Virus record (IMG/VR): IMGVR_UViG_3300026076_000001
Length of the DNA stretch: 64,000 nucleotides
Reading direction: 5' to 3' (one strand)
From: a virus
Of the stretch, positions 28,556 through 37,120 are shown one piece after another (position 1 is the stretch's first letter; every line of letters starts with the position of its first letter). The notes under the pieces are model-generated. The model was not told where the DNA came from, did no database searches, and saw only the letters and a program-made list of their open reading frames with translations. A program made the translations under genes and the position numbers.

Positions 28556-28844
28556 CACTCTCTCCAAAGCGTTCTGTAAAATGTTCAATTAGTGGTGGTA
28601 GAGGATCGCACATAGTCAAGAAGGCGTGCTCCTTCACTAGGAATTTCCTCTGTTGTGATAGGGGTGCCCAGTTCTCAAACGTAACGTTTGGTCCTTTTTC
28701 AGGCGACTCCATATTTTTCATTATCCTACAGATCTGTGGATCTCTAAGGATAAAACCTTGTGGCATACCTTCTTTATCTCTGATTTCATAGACATCAGCA
28801 ACGACATCTTCACCAGATTTCATCAACAACAGTTGTATAGACAT
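28488..28844 (-). CDS. Small beta-rich (Sm-like) hypothetical protein
   Basis: LLMKSGEDVVADV...LRDP...WAPLS. Confidence 0.65.
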   Translation of the reverse strand: MSIQLLLMKSGEDVVADVYEIRDKEGMPQGFILRDPQICRIMKNMESPEKGPNVTFENWAPLSQQRKFLVKEHAFLTMCDPLPPLIEHFTERFGESDEELPGTDTEDQPDLSEPTRTD

Positions 28845-28862
28845 TGGAAAATATTTTTATAT

Positions 28863-28891
28863 ATTATAAAAGACCCCCTGACGTTTGTCAA
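28863..28891 (-). promoter_or_regulatory. Perfect sigma70 promoter
   Basis: TTGACA (28886-28891), 17 nt spacer, TATAAT (28863-28868). Confidence 0.85.
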
Positions 28892-28898
28892 GGGGTCT
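28868..28898 (-). terminator. hsp20 terminator overlapping the promoter
   Basis: AGACCCC.TGAC/GTCA.GGGGTCT stem followed by a short T run. Confidence 0.7.
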
Positions 28899-28903
28899 GT
28901 GAA

Positions 28904-29338
28904 TTAGAGGTAATTTTTACGAGCGTGGTGTTCAGGGACTATTTTACCTAGCTCTACGGTCAGAAGACCATCCTCAAACTTTACATCCCTGACTTCTGTT
29001 TCGTCAGAGAGAGTCCAAGTCCTAGTGAAAGATCTCTGAGCAAGTCCTTTGTGTTGATAGGTTGTGTCGGTTTCCTTATCTTCCTTCTGACCTTCTACAA
29101 AGAGTTTGCCGTACTCTGTGTATACATTGATTTCTTTCTTCTTGAATCCAGCTAGTGCAATCTCTAGTCTAGATTGTACATTGTTAACTTGAACAAGATT
29201 ATATGGTGGATAGTTACTAGTAGTTTCGTGTAGATTAAAGAAACGATCTAAGTAATCGTCCATCCCAATTCCGTTTCTTGTGATGCGTTCCATTAGTTCT
29301 GGAAGATCCGCAGCACGATACCTTTGAATGTTAGACAT
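28904..29338 (-). CDS. hsp20: Small heat-shock protein
   Basis: YPPYNL, LEIALAGF.K.EI.V, GLAQRSFTR.W.L, F.DGLL.V. Confidence 0.95.
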   Translation of the reverse strand: MSNIQRYRAADLPELMERITRNGIGMDDYLDRFFNLHETTSNYPPYNLVQVNNVQSRLEIALAGFKKKEINVYTEYGKLFVEGQKEDKETDTTYQHKGLAQRSFTRTWTLSDETEVRDVKFEDGLLTVELGKIVPEHHARKNYL

Positions 29339-29345
29339 TTGTTTG

Positions 29346-29401
29346 CTCCTTATTAAGCGAGTGTGAATGGTGTAACTCCGAAGCAGTTACATTATTATTT
29401 A
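29346..29401 (-). promoter_or_regulatory. Structured hsp20 5' leader
   Basis: TAAATA (29396-29401), then UGUAACU-G-C(UUCG)G-AGUUACA hairpin, then CUCGCUU-AAU-AAGGAG hairpin covering the SD. Confidence 0.55.
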
Positions 29402-29437
29402 ACCACAAGAATCTTGAAACGTCAGTCGTAGAAACCC

Positions 29438-30283
29438 TCAGGATTGGTTCGGGTTCTGCGTAATGAAAGGAGTTTTAATAGGTGTCTTATCGGTCACGGA
29501 TAGCATAGCTACTAGTGAATACCGTACGTGATCCTCAGAATACTTTGATGGATCATATGCAGCAGTATGGAATAAAGATCCTTGATAACCACTAACACAA
29601 TTAAATTCAGCAGGTACTATAGTAGCAAGATCATATACATCATCACCATCAAATAACTTCCAGTCATCAATAAGACCTTCTCCTACTCTACCCTGATCCA
29701 TACGTTGTGAAATGATCCTAGGATGTATACCACACTTCTTTTCTAAATGCTTCACGTCCATTTGACGTTGACCATCTGGCATATTGATAATGAACATAGC
29801 AGTGCCATCAGATTCATCCAAATCATCAGATAAGAATAAGTTAAAAGCAAAGTCACCTGGATCTACGTGAGGTCTATAGTTACTATCAATAGCTTTCATA
29901 TTTTTCCAGAAGACATTACAGTACAATGAAAAATCATACCAAGTAATATCTCTATGTGTTATCTTCTCATCAAATAAAACTTGCCTTAAGAATTGGACAT
30001 AAGGTTTCATCCAAGCATTAGCAACAGGTTGCTGCATACCTGGTGCACCAGTCTTATCAGGAACAAGATCATTAGTACCACAAATATAACTTGAATTTAT
30101 AAGGAAATCTCTAACGTCATAAGGATTCACTAAGACATCATCTATCATCAAATACCTATACGGCCAATCTGGATGGATCTTCTTAGTGTATGCCTTATGA
30201 TTTGGATTGATCTCAAATAATGTTTCGAGGTCTTTAGGGCGTATTATCTGTCCCTTAAAATCCTTCTCAAATGTAACTCCCAT
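29438..30283 (-). CDS. 2OG-Fe(II) oxygenase-like protein
   Basis: PHVD...FNLFL...GT.MF...FN....Y.G.LFH. Confidence 0.65.
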   Translation of the reverse strand: MGVTFEKDFKGQIIRPKDLETLFEINPNHKAYTKKIHPDWPYRYLMIDDVLVNPYDVRDFLINSSYICGTNDLVPDKTGAPGMQQPVANAWMKPYVQFLRQVLFDEKITHRDITWYDFSLYCNVFWKNMKAIDSNYRPHVDPGDFAFNLFLSDDLDESDGTAMFIINMPDGQRQMDVKHLEKKCGIHPRIISQRMDQGRVGEGLIDDWKLFDGDDVYDLATIVPAEFNCVSGYQGSLFHTAAYDPSKYSEDHVRYSLVAMLSVTDKTPIKTPFITQNPNQS

Positions 30284-30702
30284 TACGGTTCTGTCTTCTT
30301 TTTACCGATATTATACTTAGATTCTAGAATCCATTCTCCCTTCTCCTTAAAGGATAGAACCTTAATCTGGTTCAAGGGAGCTATAGTATCGATCTTCTCA
30401 GGTGTTATTATACTCAATAATCCCCAATCTGACAAGAGGGATGCAATTCTGTTACGACGTTGCACGTCGTTGATGCTTAGATTAGTTTGTTTACCATCAA
30501 GTGCGAAGAGTTCCTTGAAGTGAACGATGTAATATTTACCACGTTTGTGGAGGATGTGACAAGATTGATAGATCTTCTTTTCTTTACGAGAAGCTACACC
30601 TATCCTAGTTAATGTCTCTCTCACCTTAAGGAAGTCATCTGGTTCCTTTAGAGCAACCTCTACCATTTGTTGCTCATTCCATTGTACAAATTCTTCAGTC
30701 AT
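30283..30702 (-). CDS. regA: Translational repressor
   Basis: PDDFLKVRETLTRIG, LYQSCHILHKRGKYYIVHFKE. Confidence 0.96.
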   Translation of the reverse strand: MTEEFVQWNEQQMVEVALKEPDDFLKVRETLTRIGVASRKEKKIYQSCHILHKRGKYYIVHFKELFALDGKQTNLSINDVQRRNRIASLLSDWGLLSIITPEKIDTIAPLNQIKVLSFKEKGEWILESKYNIGKKKTEP

Positions 30703-31082
30703 TTACTGCCACCAGTATCAATAAGGGATCGAATCTCTTTCAACTGTGATGTAGTCAGTACCTGCAATGCTTGTCGTGCTTTTTCATTACTATATCCATA
30801 GTATGTTTTTACTGCGTCAAGATCATCAAGTGCAGACTTCTTCAGCCAAGGAGAGAATCTCTTCCTAGGTCTGAGGGTATTTATGTAATAATCGTACTGT
30901 AAACGCTTATCTAAATGAGCAGAAGCATTCATTTCATTTGCGTGTAGTACAGAATCTAATTGACCAGCAAGACACTTGTTGATCACATAAGGTACATAAT
31001 TTTTCTTATCATCCTCATCCCATATATCCTTCTTGGATTGGTTTATAGAATAAAGATAATCATTCAGTTTCAATGTGCTCAT
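30699..31082 (-). CDS. gp62: Clamp loader small subunit
   Basis: YVPYVIN...ANEMN...QYDYY...KRFSPWLK...YYGYS.EKA; start MSTLKL. Confidence 0.88.
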   Translation of the reverse strand: MSTLKLNDYLYSINQSKKDIWDEDDKKNYVPYVINKCLAGQLDSVLHANEMNASAHLDKRLQYDYYINTLRPRKRFSPWLKKSALDDLDAVKTYYGYSNEKARQALQVLTTSQLKEIRSLIDTGGSK

Positions 31083-31353
31083 ACCAAGGATGTTTGTACT
31101 CAGTGTAGGTGGGTTCGTCTTCTTCTGGCATATCGTACGGACCATTCATCTTCTTATTATATTCTCTCTCATCTAGAACCTCGTTAATGAGATCCTTAAG
31201 TTCAATTCTAAGTTGTGGTTCCAGTAATGTCAATGGTGTAATCTTCATCTCAGGATAGATGGGATTTCCATCTTCATCCTTAGGAAACACATTATCCTTA
31301 CATCCTTTTGATGTAGGTCCACTCATTCCCTGAGTGTCGATCTTTTCAGTCAT
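31060..31353 (-). CDS. Hypothetical protein
   Basis: Coupled ORF in the operon. Confidence 0.55.
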   Translation of the reverse strand: MTEKIDTQGMSGPTSKGCKDNVFPKDEDGNPIYPEMKITPLTLLEPQLRIELKDLINEVLDEREYNKKMNGPYDMPEEDEPTYTEYKHPWYEHIETE

Positions 31354-31559
31354 TAATAGGTTCTTACAGGTCCGAATACGGTACGACCAGAAGCATTGAA
31401 TCTGTAGATCTGTGTCTTACCTGAGGTAAGATTCACCACTACTTCATCTCCTTGGACCATAGCACTAGCTACGTCAACACCAAAGGTTTGGATTACTCCC
31501 GCCTTTGTGTCAATAAGTTGTGCACGTCCACCACGTGCTCTTGCAATAACGTTTCCCAT
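31353..31559 (-). CDS. Small conserved hypothetical protein
   Basis: 68 aa, beta-rich, coupled at both ends. Confidence 0.6.
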   Translation of the reverse strand: MGNVIARARGGRAQLIDTKAGVIQTFGVDVASAMVQGDEVVVNLTSGKTQIYRFNASGRTVFGPVRTY

Positions 31560-32419
31560 TACTTGTACCAGTTACCTGTACTATTATCGATAGTATAGTT
31601 GACCAAGAGAAGTTCTTTACGTTTATCTTGATCAGCACCATATGACTGTGTTGACCTCATAGTATATGTGAGATCCCACTTAAGCTTAGAGTACTCAGGA
31701 TATAAGTCCTCAATCTGCTTAGATGCATTGTAAGTAATCATAATATTACCAGAGAATACATTGCATAGATCTGCAAGTTTCTGGTGTCCAAAATTCTTAT
31801 GTAAGGATCCCTTACTACCATAGAGATTATCTTTGATGCTGTAAGGAGGATCTAAGAAATTGAATGCACTAGGATTCATCACCTTAGAGTAATCTTGGTT
31901 CGTAATGTTCCAAGATCGTATCGCTTGGTGGTACCACAGTAGACTATTTATGCCATTAAATGAAAAGTTAGATTGACTTGCCTGAGCAGAAAAAGAAGAG
32001 TTCTCGCTAAGACCAGAGAAGCTACACTTGTTAGCAATGTAAAAATTAATTGCTGTCTCATATATGTCCTTGTTTTCTGATAGTTTTTCTTTTGCTTTAT
32101 TGAATGCTTCTTTATGTGCCTTCAGTACATCTTCCTTATCATCGTGATCCATTAGATAGGTCTTGATGTTATGAAGATGTGATTGCATTTGTGGACCTGC
32201 ATCTCTTAGGGCAGTCCAGAAAGCAAAGACTGGATAATATAAATCATTGATAACAACCTTAAGATCTGGACGTTGCTTTGTTAGAGCAATAGCCATAGAT
32301 CCACCACCAATAAAAGGTTCGACATAGTAGTCAAACTTGCGTGGTATATAATCTAATAGTATCTTAGTAGCACGAGACTTGCCACCTGGATACCTCAATG
32401 GAGTTTTAAACTTTTTCAT
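31559..32419 (-). CDS. dam: D12-class N6-adenine DNA methyltransferase
   Basis: LRYPGGKS, EPFIGGGS, NDLY, FLDPPY. Confidence 0.88.
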   Translation of the reverse strand: MKKFKTPLRYPGGKSRATKILLDYIPRKFDYYVEPFIGGGSMAIALTKQRPDLKVVINDLYYPVFAFWTALRDAGPQMQSHLHNIKTYLMDHDDKEDVLKAHKEAFNKAKEKLSENKDIYETAINFYIANKCSFSGLSENSSFSAQASQSNFSFNGINSLLWYHQAIRSWNITNQDYSKVMNPSAFNFLDPPYSIKDNLYGSKGSLHKNFGHQKLADLCNVFSGNIMITYNASKQIEDLYPEYSKLKWDLTYTMRSTQSYGADQDKRKELLLVNYTIDNSTGNWYK

Positions 32420-33054
32420 ACTATAGGGACAAAGATAGCCTGGTTAAAATGCTCAGGTTTCGGATCGTCTAAAAGATCTATACCTATACTAGCACGTAAC
32501 CCCTTGAAATTGCAAGAGACTACACGATGTTCTAGTCTAGAATCACCCATATACATTTGACCTTGTTTGTTCTTGATTACAGTACCGTTCTTGAATTCTG
32601 TATCTGTCTCCTTATCAGAGAGGTGTACAAATCCGTGATGGTTACAATAGTCGTGTAAATGCCAACCAAGAGATTCATTTACACCATTGAGATCAGGAGA
32701 TCTATGAACGTTCAACCAACTATGGATCCACAAATGCTTATAGTCTCCTCCATAATATTCTTTGATGTTAGCAAAGACTTGTTTCCAGAGTTGATAGTAA
32801 GTTGGTAGTGGTGTACTAAGAGTAATAAGGTTGTACGTATTCTTAGATAGAGTAGGGTCAACACGAGGTTGCATATGTTCATATCGACATTCTATCTGTT
32901 CCTTCCATTGAGCATAGACCCTAGCAGTCTCCTTTAGGAGTTCGTTAAAATCTAAATCTAATTGGTAATACTTCATCTTAGGATCTTTTGGTTCCTCTTT
33001 CAAAGAAATGGTACCGTATCCTTTTCTGTGGCTATCAATAGATTGATACTTCAT
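32416..33054 (-). CDS. 2OG-Fe(II)/cupin oxygenase-like protein
   Basis: WLNVH...GWHLH....HGFVHLS...EHRV...RASIGID. Confidence 0.6.
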   Translation of the reverse strand: MKYQSIDSHRKGYGTISLKEEPKDPKMKYYQLDLDFNELLKETARVYAQWKEQIECRYEHMQPRVDPTLSKNTYNLITLSTPLPTYYQLWKQVFANIKEYYGGDYKHLWIHSWLNVHRSPDLNGVNESLGWHLHDYCNHHGFVHLSDKETDTEFKNGTVIKNKQGQMYMGDSRLEHRVVSCNFKGLRASIGIDLLDDPKPEHFNQAIFVPIV

Positions 33055-33185
33055 TTTGATTCATTAGGAGGTTTACTAAGATGAAATTCATATGCTATCC
33101 ATCTTCCCTTACCATCAGTAGCAAGGTCATTATATTTAAACTTGCAAGGGCAAGTATGTAACCATTCGTAGAACTGTTCATTCAT
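33051..33185 (-). CDS. Small hypothetical protein (44 aa, MNEQFYEWLHTCPC...)
   Basis: Translated by hand; ATGA coupling. Confidence 0.5.
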   Translation of the reverse strand: MNEQFYEWLHTCPCKFKYNDLATDGKGRWIAYEFHLSKPPNESK

Positions 33186-33196
33186 AGGTTTCTTTT

Positions 33197-33358
33197 TTAC
33201 CAATGTCTTACCACCCCACTAACAATAAAACAATTAGTAATGAGATAAGAAAGGAAAATAATACTACGTACGATAACAACGTAGTTGTCGTAGCGTTTAG
33301 TTCTTTCATCAGAAAAACTCCCAAGTGCATACTTCCATATCCTCCACCATCTAATCAC
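33197..33358 (-). CDS. Small membrane protein (53 aa, ...YLITNCFIVSGVVRHW)
   Basis: Translated by hand; GTG start overlaps the upstream stop; one TM segment. Confidence 0.6.
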   Translation of the reverse strand: MIRWWRIWKYALGSFSDERTKRYDNYVVIVRSIIFLSYLITNCFIVSGVVRHW

Positions 33359-33726
33359 TTAATTCTCCTAGGTACTTGAATAGTCCAAGAAGGAGATACT
33401 AGATCAACCATCTCGAACTGCTTCTTATTCTTTTCAATATCATTCAACATTTTTTCACGACCAGGTTCAGGTTGTATCTCACCATAATGAGTTTCTTTTA
33501 TACCCAAGTAATCCAATACAGCATCATCAACCATACTGTATAAGGTATCCCAAGTTAAAGTATCTCTTAATCCAGTTGCGATACGATCAATATCACCACC
33601 ATCTAAGTACTCACCCTTGTTTACCTTTTCTGAGTAATCTTCATACTGAGAAATAAGTTTAGCTCTGATCTCTACCAACTCATTGAGGTTGATAGTGATT
33701 TTAATGTCATCATAAATGGCTGTCAT
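33355..33726 (-). CDS. Hypothetical protein
   Basis: Coupled ORF. Confidence 0.6.
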   Translation of the reverse strand: MTAIYDDIKITINLNELVEIRAKLISQYEDYSEKVNKGEYLDGGDIDRIATGLRDTLTWDTLYSMVDDAVLDYLGIKETHYGEIQPEPGREKMLNDIEKNKKQFEMVDLVSPSWTIQVPRRIK

Positions 33727-33923
33727 TGTTCTATACCGTATTTGGATAGGTCATACTTGGGCAAACTTAATGGTTCAACCTCTTTCTTAATTGGTTTACC
33801 TATCTTATCCTCAAGTTCAGATACTATCTTCTTCTTAGAGATATGATAAGGTGTTGGTGCATTTTGCAAACACACTCGTAAACACTGAAGTTCATCATCA
33901 GTGAATGTGAATGTGTGGCTCAT
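33723..33923 (-). CDS. Small hypothetical protein
   Basis: Start MSHTFTF; CL.NAP.PY motif. Confidence 0.55.
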   Translation of the reverse strand: MSHTFTFTDDELQCLRVCLQNAPTPYHISKKKIVSELEDKIGKPIKKEVEPLSLPKYDLSKYGIEQ

Positions 33924-34009
33924 TTTTTCCTCCAATGATCGATCAAACGTTTCAATTCAGCAATACGTTTCTCTGCTTCTTTGATTTTTTCTTTTAGATA
34001 ATCACTCAT
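33920..34009 (-). CDS. Very small coiled-coil peptide (29 aa, MSDYLKEKIKEAEKRIAELKRLIDHWRKK)
   Basis: Translated by hand; ATGA coupling at both ends. Confidence 0.45.
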   Translation of the reverse strand: MSDYLKEKIKEAEKRIAELKRLIDHWRKK

Positions 34010-34944
34010 TTGAACTCACACTCCACCATAACTTGTGTCATACAAGCTAAGAGATTAATCTCTTGATCTGCTACAAAAGCAGACTTATACTGATAGTCAG
34101 CAATGATGAGAACTAATTGTGGTATACTCCTACCAACTAACTCTTGACTCAATCCATCATACAACTTACGAAAGATCATATTAGGATCGTTGTCAAGGTT
34201 CTCCACAACCCAACTACGGACAGTGCTGAACTCTTTTCTAGCTAGTGCTTTTACCAGCGTCGAAATGTCCAGTTCTGATATATCAACCAGAATACCACTA
34301 TCGATAGACCCAGAAGAGCTGTGTCGTTGTAGTTCATTAAGTGTTCGTCTCCAATCTGGATAATGTTTTTGTACAAGTTTAACCAGAACCTTGTCTTCTG
34401 CTGTAACCTTATTATCTTTAAGTATCTGTTTGACTCTAAGGAAGAACTGACCTTGAAGGTCTAGTCTATCCTCTTTCTTAATTACAAAATCAAATACAGA
34501 ACACCTAGACTGTAATGGTTGAATGATCTTATTCTTGTAGTTACAAGTAAAGACAAATCTACAGTTGTTCTGGTAATCCTCAATAGCAGCACGTAACTGT
34601 GACTGAACGTCAGCAGTCATATTGTCTGCTTCATCTATGATAACACATTTGTGTTTGCTTCCTGAGAGACTAATTGTACTAGCAAAGTTTTTAACTCTCG
34701 TTCTAACCGTATCGAGGTATCTACCCTCATCAGAACCATTAATAATAATACAACTAACACCCAGTTCATCACATAGAGCTCTTGCAACTGTTGTCTTACC
34801 AACACCAGCAGATCCAGAGAGGAGGAGATTCGGGAATTCACCCGCATCCACAAACTCCTGAAACGTTGTTTTAAGATTCTGAGGTAGGATGCAATCATTT
34901 ATTTTAGTGGGTCGATACTCCTCAACCCATAAGAATTTTCTCAC
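34006..34944 (-). CDS. gp44: Clamp loader large subunit
   Basis: LWVEEYRP, GSAGVGKTT, IIDEAD, SRC. Confidence 0.96.
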   Translation of the reverse strand: MRKFLWVEEYRPTKINDCILPQNLKTTFQEFVDAGEFPNLLLSGSAGVGKTTVARALCDELGVSCIIINGSDEGRYLDTVRTRVKNFASTISLSGSKHKCVIIDEADNMTADVQSQLRAAIEDYQNNCRFVFTCNYKNKIIQPLQSRCSVFDFVIKKEDRLDLQGQFFLRVKQILKDNKVTAEDKVLVKLVQKHYPDWRRTLNELQRHSSSGSIDSGILVDISELDISTLVKALARKEFSTVRSWVVENLDNDPNMIFRKLYDGLSQELVGRSIPQLVLIIADYQYKSAFVADQEINLLACMTQVMVECEFK

Positions 34945-35612
34945 GGTTCTAAGGCAATGTAGTAAGTTAAGTCAAGGTCACTGTGATCCCACTTAGAGAT
35001 CAATTTACTGGACACACTTACTCCGTAGTCTCCTTGGAAGAGTCTGAGGTTTTCAACTTTAAAATCGAGCGAGTAATCACCGTCTGTTGATCCTTGTACA
35101 ACTTGATCATAAGAGTTGGAGGTGTCGTCTTCTTTGTCACGTACTTTAAGAATAACGGTTTGCTTTTCACCTGACACAGTGAAGTCTGGTAGACCATACA
35201 CAGCAGCAGCTTTGCTAAGTGCACCGATCTGTTCCTCAGTCACATTGAATTCAATGTTCCCACCAGGAAATTTGATCTCACGATCAGGTGCTGCCTTCAT
35301 AGTAATCTCAGGATCACTGAAGTAGTATCTGACTCTACGTCCCTGACCTTGATCTTTAATCGTAACATAGTTAGGATTATCGAAGTGGAGTACAGGATCA
35401 TCAAACAACAAGAGACCAGCAATAAACTGATTCAAGTCATAGATGGCAAAGTCAATTGGAAATGTCTCCTCTACCTTAGCAGATGCAAGAATGTTTTCTG
35501 CATTGCTGATAGTCTTAAGGACATTACCAGTCTTCACTACGATACTCGTATTGATCGTGGCGAAGTTTTTAAGAATGGATAATGTAGTTTTGGATAAAGT
35601 GACTGCTGTCAT
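34941..35612 (-). CDS. gp45: Sliding clamp
   Basis: TLSILKNFATIN.SI, FAIYDLNQF, YYIALE. Confidence 0.93.
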   Translation of the reverse strand: MTAVTLSKTTLSILKNFATINTSIVVKTGNVLKTISNAENILASAKVEETFPIDFAIYDLNQFIAGLLLFDDPVLHFDNPNYVTIKDQGQGRRVRYYFSDPEITMKAAPDREIKFPGGNIEFNVTEEQIGALSKAAAVYGLPDFTVSGEKQTVILKVRDKEDDTSNSYDQVVQGSTDGDYSLDFKVENLRLFQGDYGVSVSSKLISKWDHSDLDLTYYIALEP

Positions 35613-35920
35613 TTGTCGTAGTCAACTGAGAATGATGTAGTTCCATCGTTGATAGCCATCGCACGTGCGGTTTTATCATTGAAATGGAGTAAGAGTATAG
35701 CATAGTGGGCAATCTTAATGATGTCCTTACGTGCTGAACCCTTTCGATCGTAGCGAGAAGCATACTTTAGGATGTTACTCCTACAGAATGCTTCAGCGTC
35801 ACCTACCGAATCGATGAGATCCAACGTCTGAACCCCACCTGGACTGTAATGACCTCGGTACGTGTTGTGAATGTAAGATTTGACTTCTTCTAGAAGTTCA
35901 TCTTCATTGTACTTGTTCAT
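35609..35920 (-). CDS. DUF3310 / T7 gp1.7-like small protein
   Basis: HYS.G..Q..D.I...AFCRSNILKYASRY..KG...KDI.K. Confidence 0.6.
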   Translation of the reverse strand: MNKYNEDELLEEVKSYIHNTYRGHYSPGGVQTLDLIDSVGDAEAFCRSNILKYASRYDRKGSARKDIIKIAHYAILLLHFNDKTARAMAINDGTTSFSVDYDK

Positions 35921-35940
35921 ATACGTGGTAGTTTTCTACC

Positions 35941-35969
35941 AGTATAACAGAGTGGTTACCTAATTGCAA
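35941..35969 (-). promoter_or_regulatory. sigma70-type promoter
   Basis: TTGCAA (35964-35969), 17 nt spacer, TGT-TATACT (35941-35946). Confidence 0.7.
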
Positions 35970-37041
35970 CCACTTTATCTGAATGAACTTCTACAGGAGA
36001 TTCTCCCTCGTCTACAGGAAGGTCAACTTTGTCATCAACCTTACTGTAAAGGTCTAGGAATGCTTGCTTAGTCTCATCATCGAAACGGTTCAAGCAAAGT
36101 TGTACTGCCTCTAGTCTATCGTTGAAGATAGAGAATGCCTTAGTGATGTGTACAAGTCTACGTGTACTGATCACCTCATCGATACCACCATCATAAAATG
36201 TCTTACGGATGATGTCTGCCCAGTCAGCAAGCTTCTTACAGTAGTCATTGTCCTTACATACCTTAGCAAGAATCTTCTGCTCTACCTGAGGTGATGGATA
36301 ATCTTGCTCAAAGGTCAATGCGAATCTCTCAAGGAATGCTTCGTTAAGTACATTAGTACCAATGAATCTACCATCTTCAGATCCTTTACCTTTAGTGTTT
36401 GCAGTAGCAAAGACATTAAATCCTTTTGTAGGTTTTACGAACTTACCTATCTTCTTGAGGAAGACTCCCTTCCCTTCGAGGATGGATTGAAGACAAAGTA
36501 TCTTATTAGATGCAAGGTCCACTTCATCCAAAAGTAGGACTGCTCCTTTTTCGAGTGCTTCGATGACTGGACCGTTGTGCCATACTGTCTCGCCATTAAC
36601 AAGGCGAAACCCACCAATAAGATCGTCTTCATCGGTTTCAATTGTAATGTTAACTCTAATCAAGTCACGCTTGAGTTGAGCACACGCTTGTTCGACACCA
36701 AACGTTTTACCATTACCAGAAAGTCCAGTAATGAATGTTGGGTAAAAGATACCTGACTTAAGGATCTTCTTAAGACGATTAAAATTACCAAAGGGAACAA
36801 AGTTAGGATCTACATCTGGTACCAAGTTCTGCTCTACAGCAGGTGCTGCTGCTGGTTTACTATAAGTTTTCTCTAGAGCTTCTTTAACAGTTAGATCCCA
36901 AGTACCACGCTTGACTTTGTATGCACTTAGTCTATTAGTGATGGCACGATAACCGAGTCCAACCTTTCTTGCATATTTTTTTACTTCAGTGGCAGTGATA
37001 TTATTGCCAAACTGGTCACGGAGATCGGAAACGACGGTCAT
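35956..37041 (-). CDS. cobS: MoxR/CobS-like AAA+ ATPase
   Basis: GLSGNGKT, LLLDEVD, ATANTKG, FLERF. Confidence 0.88.
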   Translation of the reverse strand: MTVVSDLRDQFGNNITATEVKKYARKVGLGYRAITNRLSAYKVKRGTWDLTVKEALEKTYSKPAAAPAVEQNLVPDVDPNFVPFGNFNRLKKILKSGIFYPTFITGLSGNGKTFGVEQACAQLKRDLIRVNITIETDEDDLIGGFRLVNGETVWHNGPVIEALEKGAVLLLDEVDLASNKILCLQSILEGKGVFLKKIGKFVKPTKGFNVFATANTKGKGSEDGRFIGTNVLNEAFLERFALTFEQDYPSPQVEQKILAKVCKDNDYCKKLADWADIIRKTFYDGGIDEVISTRRLVHITKAFSIFNDRLEAVQLCLNRFDDETKQAFLDLYSKVDDKVDLPVDEGESPVEVHSDKVVAIR

Positions 37042-37073
37042 AGGATTTAGAAAGATTTTGTTTGTATGTGTTT

Positions 37074-37108
37074 ATTATAATGGATAAAAGGGGTGTTGTG
37101 TACACCCC
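37074..37108 (-). terminator. Terminator hairpin with adjacent -10 box
   Basis: GGGGTGT/ACACCCC stem (37090-37108) plus T4 run; TATAAT at 37074-37079. Confidence 0.6.
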
Positions 37109-37120
37109 AAGGACAGTTTG

